64,000 nucleotides of DNA, from assembly GCA_951406725.2 (NCBI GenBank), contig OX597825.1, positions 87,606,001-87,670,000 on the forward strand, written 5' to 3'. Within the stretch, counting starts at the first letter, position 1, and every line of letters begins with the position of its first letter. This stretch comes from Octopus vulgaris (Eukaryota). Shown piece after piece: positions 13,735 through 29,660 of this stretch. The notes beneath the pieces were generated by a model. It was not told the DNA's origin, did not search any database, and worked only from the letters and a program-made list of their open reading frames with translations. The translations under genes and the position numbers were made by a program.

Positions 13735-13890
13735 TCAAATTCCTTCCACAACTCTACGAAATTCACTCACAAGGCATTGGTCGGCCCCAGGTTATAGTAG
13801 ACGACACCGGATCAAGGTGCCGCAAAGTGGGACTGAACTCGGAACCATGTGGTTGGGAAAAAACCTTCTTAACACACTGCCATGCCCGCG
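13735..13890 (-). mobile_element. SINE S3 head/core
   Basis: attcactcacaaggcattggtcggccc..gggactgaactcggaaccatgtggttggg is the reverse complement of the S3 head. Confidence 0.7.
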
Positions 13891-15155
13891 CCGTGCTGTC
13901 AATTGTTTTTATATATATTTGATAAGGAATACATTCTCATCCATAAGTACAACCGCCAGTGTAAGAGATACTGTTACGATATCAACAATTTTCTTTAAAG
14001 TGTCGATTCTGTTTTTGTAGGAAGACTCTCGTCTCAGACTGGTTAAGCTCAGTGATTTGGTTTTTACACATTACTATGAAAAACGTGTTGTTGGGAAAAA
14101 ATTATGTGCGACTTAGAACAAATCCTATTCACACATACATCTCAACACAGTTTGTGCATGAAAAAATATGTTTGTAATTAATAAACACAGTTCCAATACT
14201 TAGCTGTCTGCGTGAGAGAGAAGTTCATTTCACAACCACGAATCTCAGGATTCTATTGCACAGCGGGGTCTCATCTTTTCTGCTCTGGCCTCAGGCTAAT
14301 CAGAGCATTGTCTGTGTTGTTAGATTAAAGCAGTATGCCGTCCCCATTACAATGCGCTCGCGCACATAAACAAGCATCCGCAGATATATATTTACGAGAG
14401 AGTGTGTGTGCTTTATCTATGTCACTATTTCTCTGCGTGTGTGTGTCTGTGTGTATCGTGTTAATTTTTACGCGTGAGTGACATAATTTAACACTTAGTT
14501 AAGCGGAACCCTTCAATAAATTGAGATCGATACAATTACATACGAGACAAACTACTGACAGAACAGACTGAAGTCCTCGGTGGATATGTCTCAGCAGGGC
14601 GCTAATTAAAATGAAACCTTTAGCAGAAACATATACCAATCTATACGTGTGTGTATGTGTGTATGTGTGCGTATATACATACACACATGCCCACACACAT
14701 ATATGTGTGTATAAGGTATATGTACACACATACACACACACTCGTGTATACAAGTTCCTTATATCATTTGATTTCAATTAGCAATGTGACTTAAATTAAA
14801 CGCACAGGAATTTTTATTGCAGCGGTATTTATACCTGAATACGAGATTTAATGTATTAATCAGATCTTTGTGTGGAACGGACACGATCGGTAAGAACACT
14901 TAATGCCAAAGCCAACACTGGCAAACATTGAATTGCATTTCTGCTATCAGATATCCTTCAGCAATCAACTTATAATTTTGACTTCAATATTTGCAAACAA
15001 TTCTATACGCAATGCCGTGGCGTAGCGTGGGATGTGCTGCGTGCGTGGAACTCACAGGACACCCATTATTATATAAACGTGTGTTTGTTGTAGTCGAGTG
15101 TATGTTACATTTAAGGAAGGTGACGGTCAATATCTCAACTACAAAGAGTTACCAA

Positions 15156-15186
<31 letters not shown>

Positions 15187-15309
15187 CAAAGAAAGTAAAT
15201 AACCCTGGGCCACGGGTGAAGTCTCTTTCTGTCTCTCTCTGTCATATAAACGTACGAACATTTTTTAGATGTTAAAGGTAACGTTTTCAGCTGAAAAGGA
15301 AATAACATT

Positions 15310-15698
<389 letters not shown>

Positions 15699-15884
15699 CA
15701 ACAACACACACACGCACACGCACGCACACGCTCACACACATGACTGTATACACACCCAAATATTTATATATACATGTATGTATATAGATGTATTTATCCG
15801 AGTACTTGTATGTGTGTGTGTTAATGTTTCAACTAAAACAGAGAATATCTTGATTCTGATAAATTATATTGGTTTTAAATTTTG

Positions 15885-16285
15885 GCACAAGACCTGAAAT
15901 TTCGGATGAGGGGTAAGTCGATTACATTGATCCAGAATTGATGAAAGGCAAAGTCAACACCTCGTCGGAATACGAACTCAGAACGTAGAGACGAAAGAAA
16001 TGCCCAGCGTGCTAACGATTCTGCTACCTCGCCGCCTAAGTTTCATAAAAAAATATATATTTCTTTACTAGTCACAAAGGGCTAAACACAGAGAGGACAA
16101 ACAAGGATAGACAAACGGATTAAGACGATTACATCGACCCCAGTGCGTAACTGGTTCTTAATTTATCGACCCCGAAAGGATGAATGGCAAAGTCGACCTC
16201 GGTGGAATTTGAACCCAGAACGTAACGGCAGACGAAATACGCATTTCGTCCGGCGTGCTAACGATTCTGCCAGCTCGCCGCCTAA
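15885..16285 (-). mobile_element. Two adjacent copies of SINE family S2
   Basis: Reverse complement of aaggcggcgagctggcagaa..gaggtcgactttgcctttcatcctttcggggtcgataaatt, as at 32335-32566. Confidence 0.8.
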
Positions 16286-16363
16286 GTCTCATAAAAGATA
16301 TAATGACAACAAAACTCAGTCCATTATTTCCTGATCCAAGCTGGATAGATTTCTAATGATTAC

Positions 16364-16572
16364 CAAACTTCTGTTGGTAAAAGATATCTTTAGACTTCGG
16401 TGATGGACGAATATCCGACGTAGAAAGCATTTCTTTTTGACCGATATCCGTTTGCGTCCTGTCGAAACATAAAAAGCTGTTCCGTCGTATAAATATCGTC
16501 GTTAATACGTTTCTATTGAATCTTGTAGCTTTGGAAGCTGGATCAATTTCCGAAGATCTATACTCAGAGAAT
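16364..16572 (-). other. Weak candidate exon of an unidentified host transcript
   Basis: Minus strand: acceptor tatattttag, a 209-nt CpG-richer segment open in one frame (FSEYRSSEIDPASKATRFNR..QQKF), donor TG/gtaatc. The product is not recognised. Confidence 0.2.
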
Positions 16573-17373
16573 CTAAAATATACATAAGTTTATGTATGGA
16601 AACTTTATTGCAGTTCTTGTATCAGTTACCTGTGTGTGTATGTGTGTGTGCGTACCCGCGCACGTTGTGTGTGTGTGTGGGGGGGTAATGTTTCGTTTTA
16701 AAATAAAAACACAGATTATTTGCTGGTATTGATTCTAAAATATCGTATAAACAGATAGGAAAAAATATGTTATTAGAATTTTATGTTTGACGGATAACTG
16801 TGTAAATTCAGACAATTTGCTAAATAAAGCCCATTTTAAAAAGCTATTATAGTAGTTTTTGGTATTTACTAAGTTAGCTATAACATTTAGTTATGTCCAT
16901 TTTGCGGTTGTTCGAATTTTTCTTTCTACTAAAATATTTTTATTCAAAATTTTACAAATAAAAATGTAACGAAATATTTTAAGTGATACACAGTTATAAA
17001 CTCTGTTGTGATGTTTGAAATATCTTAGTTTCATAGCCTTGTTTAGGTTATGTTATGTCCTTTTGACTTTTTTTTTTAATGCGATAATCATTTTTAACAC
17101 ATACAATCGCTGTAGCAAAGAGATAGAGTCGTGGTGAGTGTCCTGTCACGCAACTTCCAACTTTCCGACAAAACAGACGAAGCGTCTTGCAATCGAGCCA
17201 TTGTAATTAATGCTATTTAAATAGTAAACCATTTCGAAATATAGAAACAAGTTTCATACAAATCTTCCTTTGTTCGTTTATAGCTTCTTGTACATACAAG
17301 CACAAACACTCACACGCAGGCTCACCAAACACACCCATCAAGCTATATCGCTATGTATTTATGTATGTGTGCG

Positions 17374-19480
<2,107 letters not shown>

Positions 19481-20329
19481 CAACTACTTATTTATCCGTG
19501 TAACTATATACGCTTCCACACAAATATGCGTAGAGTTGCATCGAAACGCACAGGAAACCGTACGCTGTCAAATCTCAGACATTATATTATTTATACGATG
19601 CATGACGGCAGCTAGAATAACAATATTGTCCTTGTATAAATATTTCGATATGAAAACAAAAAGTTAAAGCTCTAGATCCTGTTACTACTTCACGCGATAA
19701 TGTTACCTAAATATATTCGTGGACAGATTTGTATATTCCGGAAAACCTCCAAGAAAATTTCTCTCAGACAATATGTCTGTAGATAGATAACTAGCAATAA
19801 TGAGTGGCACAATTAATGAACTTTATATATCTGCACTTATTGGCGTTATGCATTCTAGAATTTAAAGGCATATGATTTGGGTAAATTTTTTTCCAAACAT
19901 GTCTCGGAGATAAATTATTAGAAGTTTGAAGGCATTCTATGTCGCCTGCAGCATTGCAACAACTTTTCCCGGAATAACTCCAGTGAGTATCAGATGTTAC
20001 GGATCCTTATAATTGATTAAATAAAGAATCTTTTTCTAACAAGTGTTTAAAAGAACCTATTCCAATAAAGAGAAATGTGACAAAGTGAAGGTCTGTATTA
20101 ACAGACACTTCGGCGAATATTTTAGATCAGGAATTATGAAACAAAAATTAAAAGGAAGTGAATTCTTTAATTGCTATCCAAAAATCAGTTTGGATAATTG
20201 TAATACGATGTGGGATCATTAACGGAACTCTTCTGTATTGAAAATAATGCAGGAGCTGAAATTTGAAATCGATTCTTGAAAAATAGATGAACAAACGTAG
20301 AAATTATATTAACGAAGTATATATGTATA

Positions 20330-20383
<54 letters not shown>

Positions 20384-20387
20384 CACG

Positions 20388-20457
<70 letters not shown>

Positions 20458-20975
20458 ATATGTTTCCAATAATATAAATGTATCTTTTACAATTTCGCCT
20501 CCTTAGAAGTAACTGCACTCTATCGTATTTTACATGTTGAACATTTAATATGTCAGACATAGTATCAATTGCTTTTAAACGTGTTCTTGGAATGAATCAT
20601 TCCAAGAACACATTTAGATCACGCTACGTTCATGCCAAGATGCATCCGAACACTGATATCAATTGAACGCCTCCCAATTACTGCTTTTCTCTATGCGTTA
20701 TCTTACTGTTTGGTTTGAATAGTTTTATGCTGCAAGCATTATTATACTACATTGAATAGATTTGAAGACTTGAGATCTCTACTGCGAAGATCCGCCGATA
20801 TGACTTTGCTGTAGAAAGCTGGTGTGTGTATATGATCTCAGTTTTAGGCTAAGATAAAGATATTGACGGTTTAAATAAGGAAAAACAAGAGAGCACAACA
20901 TTTATAAATAGTGGTAAAGAAAGCAGGGAGAAGAAATGAAGAAAAGTGGAAGAGAGAGAAAGAGAGATAGATAGT

Positions 20976-21040
<65 letters not shown>

Positions 21041-21308
21041 GGAGAGTTATAGGAAGAGATATGCGTGTTCGTGCAAATACGTAGGAGAGAAATATACAAT
21101 ATAAGAAAATGCGTTGAAGAATTATCATGTGTTATTGAGAGTATTTCTCAGCTGTTCTCGGTCGTAGAATTATTTCCGTCGTAACAATATAGGTAGGTCT
21201 GCGGCACTATTTTCCCAGCTTCGGTTCTCTATCTCTCGGTCCTTTATTCGGTTATCAGCTATTTATGGTGAAGTATGTGCAGTTGTCTGTTGTGCACAAG
21301 AATGCATT

Positions 21309-21339
<31 letters not shown>

Positions 21340-21829
21340 GTGTGTGTGTGTGTGTTTCTGTGTGTGTGTGTGTGTTTCTGTGTGTGTGTGCGTATTGCAG
21401 GGCCAATGAAATAATAATTTCTGAATTAGGTCCAACGCCTGCAAAGTTGAGGGGAGGCGTAAGACGGTACCATCTACCCTAGTAGATCACTGGTACTTTA
21501 TTTTAAATGACGGCGAAAGGATAAACGGCAAAGTTGGTCGAGTTGAGATTTGAACTCAAAACATAGAGATATTTCTACGTTTACGAGAGTGTTCGCTTAC
21601 CAGTTAGCAATATGCTGCCTTCTCAGTTTCCTCGCGTTTCTTCTTTTATTCAACCTTTTTTTTAGTTCGTTATGATATGTGGTTTGAGCGTGAAGAATAT
21701 ATTTGAGTTTTCGCAACACATGAAATTATTGGTAGCGTTTCAATACATGTGTTGTGACCTTTAAGTAAATAATATTCATCTCTCACCAGATGGAACGCGT
21801 CTTTCTTGAATTTGCTGTCACTGAACAGT

Positions 21830-21866
<37 letters not shown>

Positions 21867-21875
21867 GTATATATA

Positions 21876-21945
<70 letters not shown>

Positions 21946-22127
21946 CATATATACGTATATATATATGTATATATATATATATATATTTCCTGAGCGCCAT
22001 ACTAATACAATTGTTTGTTTGTATTCCACCTGCCTTCGTCTTTTGTTTATTTCCGTAAACCTACCTTCGTCTTTTGTCTATTTTCATAAAGCTTCCCGTT
22101 ATATATATATACATATATATATATTGA

Positions 22128-22328
22128 GAGATTCAAATGAAAATGGTACTTAAGTCAGAGGCACGAGAATTTTGTATGGTATCATCCATAAATATCCATG
22201 GGTTGATTATAATCAAAATAAGAAGATTGCTCAACATTTTAAAACTGATGTAATACAATGTTTAATAAAATGAAGTAGCATGAAACGATCGTACCAAATT
22301 ACCGAAGACATACTTGTTGCTTATTTTG

Positions 22329-22335
<7 letters not shown>
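22128..22335. mobile_element. Penelope-type terminal-repeat fragment with an internal inversion and a half hammerhead
   Basis: 22128-22222 is the reverse complement of the tail at 30150-30246. It is followed by gaagattgctcaac..gcatGAAACGATCGTAcca, homologous to the ends of the 7496-11101 element. Flanked by (TA)n. Confidence 0.7.
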
Positions 22336-22370
<35 letters not shown>

Positions 22371-22419
22371 AGGTGGCAATACTACACAGTGGCTGTGTGA
22401 GCAACGAAATCCTCGACGC

Positions 22420-22670
22420 CACTGTTATGCCGCACGTTCGGAGGATGCCTTCTACTTTTGAGCACTCCACAAAAACGTGTACCCTTAACGTAGTTCTCAA
22501 CGTGACGCAGAATGTGATAAGGCTGGTCCTTTGAAATATAGGTAGCGCTCATTTTTGGCAACTGAAAGGGCTGGAGTAACGTGAAACAATGTCATGTTCA
22601 AGGGCACGAACTCATGACCTTACAATTTTGAAGCAAGTAACTTACCTACTGGGCTACTTGCCTACGCTTA
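22420..22670 (-). mobile_element. SINE family S1, decayed
   Basis: Reverse complement of 34894-35215 (acccttaacgtagttctc..ctggagtaacgtgaaa). Confidence 0.65.
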
Positions 22671-23438
22671 TACATACATATATATATACATAAGCGCATA
22701 CATACATACATACATACATGCATACATACATAAATACATTCATGCACACACACACGTACATGCATGCATACATAAACACACACATACATATATACATACA
22801 TACATACATGCACACATACATGCATACATACATATATAAATATATAAACGCATACAGGTATTATAAATATACTTATATATGCAAGTAGGAAATGTTTAAC
22901 GATCGCATACGAAATGCCTGCGAATATGGCAGTGCATTTATTCGTCTAAACTTGGTGATTCACTTGTTACCGACAGTTCTCTGCGAGAGAGTCATTCCGG
23001 CTGTCTAGCAAAGTTAGAGAGCGACAGAAAGAGAGGGAGAGAACGAAAGAAAGAGAGAGAGAGAGAGAGTGTGTGCGTGTGTGAGAGAGAGAGAGCGAGA
23101 GGGAGAGATACACAGAGAGAGAGAGAGAGAGAGAGAAATGTAGGTGCTCTTTTTTGGCAATATTTAATTAAGTATCAATGCAACGTAAACATTTTTAAAA
23201 ATCGATAATGGTCTTTAGTTGGTGAGACGTGGTGCATGAATGATTTGACTCTAGCCATGTTGAAAAGCATATTTTATGCCAAAACAAAGAAGAGCACAAA
23301 GGCAAATATAAACAACAGAAACTGCCCGCCCCCAAAATACTTTAATAGAGGACTGTTTGCAAACCACACAGAAGCTATTTCCTTTTAAATGGCGTTTTAA
23401 GAGATATTGTCATATACACACACGCATGCGCGCACGCG

Positions 23439-23477
<39 letters not shown>

Positions 23478-23529
23478 ACATACATACGCATATACATATA
23501 TATATACACACACACACATATATGTTGTT

Positions 23530-23942
23530 TTTCTTATATTCTTTTACTTGTTTCAGTCATTTGACTGCAGTCATCCTGGGTCACCTCCTGTAGTCGAACA
23601 AATCAACCCCAACACTTATTCTTTGTAATCCTAGTACTTATTCTATCGTTCTTTCATGCCGAACCGCGAAGTTACGGGGTTTTAAACACACCAACATCGG
23701 TTGTCAGGCAATGGTGGGGGATATTAATACAAACACACAAATACACACACACACACACGCACACACACACATATATATATATGTTCATACGGTGGGATTC
23801 TTTCAGTTTCCATTTTCCAAATACACTCACAAGGCTTTGGTCGGCCGAGGCAATAGTAGAAAACACTTGCCCAAGTTGCCACGCAATGGAACTGAACCCA
23901 GAATCATGTGGATAAGTTTCTTACCACACAACCACTCCTGCA
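23530..23942 (-). mobile_element. Near full-length SINE S3 (tRNA head, core, internal (TA/TG)n, tail)
   Basis: Minus strand begins caggagtggttgtgtggtaagaa..ctgggttcagttcc and ends ..atgactgcagtcaaatgactgaaac. Tail copies also at 27900-28090 and 42325-42540. Confidence 0.8.
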
Positions 23943-23949
23943 CTATATA

Positions 23950-24200
23950 TACAAAATGGGACAAGAACGCAAAACATCCAAATAGACGATACAAAAAACA
24001 CGGACGGGTCATTCGAAGCCTTTAATCTTCAGTCAAGAACCGGATCATCCTCGCAATTTTCGCTGATTAATCTTAAGATTGATCCAATCTGACCAGCCCC
24101 AAGGAAAAACCAAGCTAAGAGCATTAGATTCCTCGGAAAAGGATCGAATGTGTACGAAACAAGGAAAGAAATACAGACGATGTTACACGAATATAAATAC
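23950..24200 (-). repeat. Microsatellite-associated repeat fragment related to 42680-42865
   Basis: Both share ttgaCTGA(A/C)GA..cgaatgacccgt..atcgtctat.tg..gatg. Confidence 0.55.
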
Positions 24201-24607
24201 AAAAAAAAATACTACGAATATTAATGCAAAAAACAATAATAATAATAATAACAACAAGACATAATACAAACACACACGTACAAAGGTATAATTATTGATT
24301 TAAGCTGAAAAACACCTGAGCAAGTGGAAACACCGTGTCGGTCTCATAATTCCACTTTACGCAATTTCACAGTTTGTGCACACTGAACGAATAACAAAGT
24401 CGTTTCCTTAAAACAATTTAAACAAAAAAGAATGGAAATAAGAGGAGAATGGGAAAGAAATAGAATGCTTTAAAAATGCGAGACTGAACGATGTGAATGG
24501 TATGAATGGTTGTTTTCTTCTTTCAGTGGCAATAGCAAGGTTTTATTAACAGCTAACGACATTTTTAGTTGATACACACTAATTGCAATGAAGGTATTTA
24601 AGGAACA

Positions 24608-24678
<71 letters not shown>

Positions 24679-24804
24679 CAGGTAGGAATCGCTTAACTCC
24701 TATTACTCAGAAACATATGAACAAGTGCATCTCTCTCTTTCTCTCTCTATGTGTCTGTCTGTCTGTATGTCTGTCTATCTATCTGTCTGTCTCTCTATCT
24801 ATCC

Positions 24805-24842
<38 letters not shown>

Positions 24843-24857
24843 ATATATATATGTCTG

Positions 24858-24889
<32 letters not shown>

Positions 24890-25956
24890 CCTATCTATCT
24901 CTCTATCTTCGTGTGTGTGAGTGAGGTTAATATTTCCTGTATCTCCTTTTCTTAACTGCATTTCCACATCCTATAATCCAAACTCTGCTATTATACACAC
25001 CCACACACGTATACATACATATATACATATGTATATGCATGCATACACACATACATACATGCATACATTCATATATATATATATACATATACTAATATAA
25101 ATAATGCATGTATGCATATACGTGTATATATGCACTCTAGCACACACACACATACACACAGACAGACAGACATACACACAGACAGACAGACAGACACACA
25201 CATACACACACACACACGTATGAGATATTGGGCGATATTCAGATTTTATCGGTGAAGAGAAGCCATTATGCCATATTGACTTGTTCTGGGGGGACTTTCA
25301 TTCAGTGACTTTGAAATGTATATTTTGTTTGACTGAAAGCTTAGTAAAATGGAGGAGGGGAATCAATAATAATTCGCTTCATGATACTTTATCTGTATTT
25401 ACGATGACAGCTGGTTATCTTTAGTCAGATAGACATAGAGACAAAGTGATGTAGGTAAAGTAAGAGATGAAATTAGAAAAAGAAAAACAGCGAACGGGAA
25501 GAGGGGACAAAAGATTATGAGAAAATGTGGAGGAGAGAGCGAGAGAGAGAAGGTGTGTGTCAAAGAAAGAGGAAGAGGAGAGAGTGATAAGGAAAGAGAG
25601 AGGGAAAGAGAGAGGATGTGTGTCAAAGAAAGAGGAAGAGGAGAGAGTGATAGGGAAAGAGAGTGAGAGAGAGAGAGAGGGAGAGAGGGAGAGTTAAGGA
25701 ACGGAAGTTTGTGATAAACGAAACAAAAGATAATGGCAATTAATTGATAATATCATGTAATGTAAAAATAAAATCAATAAGCTTCGTAGAATGGCAACTG
25801 GCTACAAGAAATATTTTAGAGGCCCCACTGAACGAATCGATAATATGTTGGATTGGCAGTCTAAAAATCGATCATTTCTATCTGGTACCGACGTCGAACT
25901 GTGTTCATGGTCAAGATACTTATAACTCTTTCAAGACGGCCTATCGGAAATACGAT

Positions 25957-26468
25957 ATAATTACCAACACAGGAACATGCATCATACATCAAAATGAAGC
26001 TGGTCCCTACTTTTCAACATAGTCACTGTTTCTCTCAATAATAACGTTCCATCTTCGAATGAGAGCATATATCCCTGCCCCGCAAAATTCTGCTGACTGT
26101 TCTTTGAACCAATTCTTCGCAACAGTTTTCGCTTCCTCGTCACTGGAATAATTTAGCACCTTCAGACTATCATCTCTTCGGCACCATGAAAGAGGTTTTG
26201 AGAGACAAACATTATTCCAGTGACGAGGAAGTGAAAACTGTAGTGAAGAAGGGGCTCAGAAAAGAGTCAACAGAATTTTACAGGGCAGGGATATATGCTC
26301 TCATTCGAAGGTGGAACATTGCTATTGAGAGAAACTGTGACTATGTTGCGAAGTAGGGAAGTGATCCACATAGGACTAGCTTCATTTTGATGTAGGATAC
26401 ATGTCCGTGTGTTGGTAATTATACTTGTTCTAAACAAAATGGCATTACTTTTTGACTCACCCACGTAT
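25957..26468. mobile_element. Mariner-derived fold-back built from the transposase 3' end
   Basis: Plus strand 26153-26357 reads LAPSDYHLFGTMKEVLRDKHYSSDEEVKTVV..RWNIAIERNCDYVAK*. 25957-26152 is an inverted copy of 26213-26422. The TIR-like end cattactttttgactcacccacg is followed by TA. Confidence 0.85.
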
Positions 26469-26747
26469 ATCTTATGAATAGATCCAGAGAAATGTTCTAA
26501 TAACCAGGGCATCTGACACATAAGGTGTTAAATATTCTTGCTAATGACTCATAAGGTATTCTGGGAATGATTTATAAGCAATCTCAGGGAAGATCCAATC
26601 CTGGAATCGGTCTCATGCGTTAATTATTGGCTTCATATGGCTTCATATTTTGAATTATAGGTGATTGTAATCCAGATTGTAACCGTAGGGCTCGACTTAA
26701 ACGCGTTCACTAACAAAATTCACATCATTTGAAAATTAAGTTTAATA

Positions 26748-27665
26748 CGAGGTGCGTTCAAAATGTATTCGACTTTATTTTTTCTCGCCGAAAAACCAAT
26801 GCGGTGTCGGAAAAATCATTTGAGTGAAAGGTGAGGCCACACTTTTTGTGCAAGAGTAAGAATTTTTGCGCCTGTCGGCGCGTCATTTCCCGGCTGTTAC
26901 CCTTAAAATACACACGTGCTGTGCGCGCTCATCGGATTTTCATTTTCGCGCAAGATGACCGAATGCAACGAGCAAAGACCATAAGCCCTGGTCTCATCAG
27001 CACCGATGATAGTCTTTATGAAATCTGTGTCATGGTTTGCACAGTTCAGCAGGTCCTGAGCGATTTCCATGCGGAGTTGCATCTGCAGCTCCACTAGTAC
27101 GAATTTTGCCCCAAACTCTGCGCATGCACAAACCCTCCGTTAAAACTTAATGCATTGATCTTGTGTTTATTTTCATTTCGTGAGCAATTTCCTTGCCTGT
27201 TACACGACAATCATCCATGTGTATTCGCCAATCTTCTCAATCGGCTCGTCGTTGCGGTTTGTGGATGGCCTGCCTGGGCGTGCCGCCCTCTCCAATGTGG
27301 TGAAGCCATAATTGACACAGTTGTACCACTCTTTGCTTCTGAGTTTTGCTCAAGGCATCATCACCAAAGGCCTGGGGAATCTTCTGGATAGCTTGAGCCT
27401 GAGTATCACCAAGTTTTTAACAAAACGTGATGCAGTATTTCTGCTCTATGCATTCTATCATCTTGCATGAAAACGAAATCCCACGAGCGCATCCTACACG
27501 CCTGTACTGTAGGCGGAACAGCCGGGAACTGACGAGTACGACCGCCGAGAAACTTTCCGGTCCTGCGCAGAGAGCGCGGCGTTACTCAGATCCATTTTAT
27601 TCTTACTCACGCAGCATTAGTTTTGGCAGGAAAAATAAAGTCGGATACAATTTGGATGCATCTCG
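26748..27665 (-). mobile_element. Internally deleted mariner element with TIRs and TA target duplication
   Basis: Ends TA-cgaggtgcgttcaaaatgtattcgactttatttttt and aaaaataaagtcggatacaatttggatgcatctcg-TA. Minus-strand relic MIECIEQKYCITFC*KLGDTQ..AKFV..QLRMEIAQDLL..FIKTIIGADET. Confidence 0.9.
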
Positions 27666-27731
27666 TAGATAAAATATTCATTAATCGACTGGAACTAAAT
27701 TGATACAAGGTATCTCAGTGAAAGTCTATCA

Positions 27732-27828
<97 letters not shown>

Positions 27829-28335
27829 TTACACACATACGCTTGTACGCACACACACACACACTCAAGCCCACATTCATGTAAGTATATAGTCATTTAT
27901 CTTTTAGCTGTCTCAGTCATTGGACTGCAGCCATGATGTGACATACTGCCTTGTAGGACTCATTCGAACAAATCAATCCCAATTCTTGTGTTTTTAAAGC
28001 CTCGTGCTTAGTTTATCGATAACTGTTGCCGAACTACTAAATTAGGGGGATGTAAGCAAACCAGCATCGGTTGTCAAGAGATGGGGAATAAATACGAACT
28101 CAAAGACACACATGTGTAACCATATCTAAGTGATCTAAGATACATAATAATAACGCCTCTATTCTTCAAAATCAACGATGCGTGAAATTCCAAAACTCAT
28201 TCCTCCTCTTTGGTTTCTAAACCTTAATTTGTTCTTTTCTTTTCCTCAATTCTTCTCATTATAATTATGTCTTAGAAGCTTCTGGTGGTTTTATTTATAT
28301 TTTCTTCCCTTAACATCTGCTTCATTCATTTAAAT

Positions 28336-28590
28336 CAGTGTTTTTCAACCACTTTTTACCTATGAATTACTCAGCTGGAACCTCTTAGCCATTCGAGGAT
28401 TCCAAAGAGAATCATATATTTTCATAATTAAATGTTATTCGGAATTCATTGTTTACATTATTTACATTTGACGGATATTTGTCTTCATCTTGTTTGTTGT
28501 TAACACAACGTTTTGGTTGATATACCCTCCATCCTTCATCAGGTGTCTTGGGTTCTCCTTCCTTTAGTAATTTTCGATGTTATTATTATC

Positions 28591-28639
<49 letters not shown>

Positions 28640-28991
28640 AGGTCACTACCTGGGATCGAACTCGGAATCTTGGGGTTAGCAGCCCGCGCTCTTAACCACT
28701 ACCCCATATGCCCAAAAAACAAGATGAGGACAAATATCTGTCAAATGTAAATAATATAAATAACGTACATAATTCCTCATCTCTTAAATAGAGAACCCTA
28801 TTATTAGGAGTTGTATAAAAAATTAAAGTAATTTCTGTACTGTAGCAAGACAACCAATTTATTGTCGATACATTTTAACAACAAAATCCTATTTGACTCT
28901 GAAGTGCCATATGCGCCCCCAAGGGCCATATGCACCCCCAAGGGTCATATACACCCTCAAGAGCATTATCGACCCCGCTGGAGAAGCATTG
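28336..28991. mobile_element. hAT-like MITE with 8-bp TSD, hosting a nested insertion
   Basis: Ends cagtgtttttcaac and gctggagaagcattg. Flanks atttaaat (28328-28335) and attcaaat (28992-28999). Subterminal 19-bp tandem repeats gccatatgc.cccccaagg. Confidence 0.65.
28450..28797 (-). mobile_element. tRNA-headed, (AAT)n-containing element with hammerhead-like tail, copy 2
   Basis: Minus strand: head gggcatatggggtagtggttaagagcgcgggctgctaaccccaagattccgagttcgatccc (28713-28653), then (AAT)n, then gacac-CTGATGA-aggatg..caacc-AAAA-cgtt-gtgtt (28547-28502), then tail. An inverted tail copy sits at 28718-28797. Confidence 0.8.
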
Positions 28992-29339
28992 ATTCAAATT
29001 TATAGGAGAATAGTCAATTCACCTTTCTTTAGAAAATAGATCTATTTTTAATAAGCATTTCTCCTGTAGAAGCCATTTTCGTTTAGAAATTTATTTTTCT
29101 GGTTTGCATTTATATATTATTTTCTGGTTCTTTAATTTTTTTTGTTTCTTGATATATCAGATTAGCTGACTCTGTCGTATTTATCTCCTTCTTCTTTCTC
29201 TGAATCTGTTTTGATCTATGGGCCTTGCCTCCTGAAAGCAACCTGCTGAGTAGATTTATCACCTTTGAGACATATATATTAGAGCAGTTTGTTTTCGGTA
29301 GGAGAGTTGGCGTTTTGAAAACAATGAGTAGTTCGGAAG

Positions 29340-29660
29340 GTTAGCCTGTTGTTAGAGCATTGAGCTTACGATCATGAAGTCGTGAGTTCGATCCCCGGAC
29401 CGCCCTGTGTGTTGTGTCCTTAAGCAAGACACTTTATTTCACGTTGCTCTAGTTCACTTATCTTTAGAAATGAGTTGCGACGTCACTGGTGCCATGCTGT
29501 ATCGGCCATTACTTTTCCCGTGGATAACACTGGTGGTGTGGAGAGGGGAGGCTGGTATGCATGGGCGACTGCTGGTCTTCCACAAACAACCTCGGTCGGC
29601 CTTGTGCTTAGGAGGGGAACTTTCTACGTGTAATCCCATGGTCATTCGTGACCGACGTTG
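29340..29660 (+). mobile_element. tRNA-derived SINE (S1-related)
   Basis: Box B gagttcgatcccc followed by gttgtgtccttaagcaagacactttatttcacgttgctc, as at 34894. Confidence 0.75.

Noticed and set aside
28650-28713. tRNA-Ser-like gene (also at 15592 and 58740)
   Set aside because: There is no complete acceptor stem or cloverleaf, and the copies are diverged and embedded in a repeat; interpreted as a SINE head.
28905-28965. Short regularly spaced repeats (also the 20-mer x3 at 53150-53210 and the 18-mer at 35420-35495) as CRISPR-like arrays
   Set aside because: They are head-to-tail minisatellites without unique spacers, with no cas genes, in eukaryotic context.
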